Below the pieces are notes generated by a model. That model ran no database searches. It saw only the letters and a list, made by a program, of their open reading frames with translations, and was not told where the DNA came from. A stretch of 16,551 bases of DNA. Origin: Limnofasciculus baicalensis BBK-W-15. Its GTDB lineage: Bacteria > Cyanobacteriota > Cyanobacteriia > Cyanobacteriales > Coleofasciculaceae. The stretch's first letter is position 1, and every line of letters starts with the position of its first letter. The position numbers and the translations under genes were made by a program. This document shows, piece by piece, positions 16,289 to 16,551 of the stretch. The stretch is taken from positions 1-16,551 of the forward strand of contig NZ_JAMZMM010000114.1 of the NCBI RefSeq assembly GCF_024178385.1, read 5' to 3'.

Positions 16289-16551
16289 TTTTCTTTCGGG
16301 ATATTTTTTTTCCTTACTCTTTTCCCTTCACAAAATTATGTGGGGGCAAAGGATTGCAGCATTAACATTTCGATTTTGAGTTAAGCTTAATTCCGCAATG
16401 CTTCGCCCTGCCACCGGGAATGGAGTAGATGTATGTGGAAGGTTTTGGGGATTTTTTTTGTACCTATAGATACGATAGCAAGATAATTAAGCTAAGTTCA
16501 TAAAATCTTTAAAAATAACCTTACTTTCTCCCTCCCCCATCCTCCCACTCC

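Noticed and set aside
16182-16379. 65-aa plus-strand ORF at the MVP start.
   Set aside because: It overlaps the MVP N-terminus antisense and continues into the promoter region.

Overview
This is a 16.5-kb chromosomal segment that looks like a filamentous (Nostocales-type) cyanobacterium. The HIP1 octamer GCGATCGC occurs about 13 times (roughly 0.25 expected by chance), heptamer STRR-like tandem repeats are present, and RecA is near-identical to Anabaena/Nostoc RecA. Genes left to right: an AT-rich orphan ORF (-); a PP2C Ser/Thr phosphatase with an N-terminal double zinc ribbon (+); a doubtful zinc-ribbon/TM ORF (+); kptA (-), bracketed by 28-bp inverted repeats with decamer tandem arrays; xseA (-); a small ORF (-); recA (+), with a promoter and a putative LexA half-box; an FHA-domain protein (-); a small two-TM protein (-); a ~450-bp hairpin-rich non-coding stretch; tRNA-Thr(CGU) (+); a REC-HisKA-HATPase kinase (-); a 1196-aa five-PAS hybrid sensor kinase (-); and an 888-aa ORF (-) that is recognisably a full-length homologue of the eukaryotic Major Vault Protein. 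The most notable observations are the bacterial MVP gene co-oriented with the two-component pair, the inverted-repeat-bounded kptA cassette, and the unassigned structured RNA-like region with dispersed hairpin repeats around the tRNA. There are no CRISPR arrays, rRNA genes or obvious IS/transposase genes.
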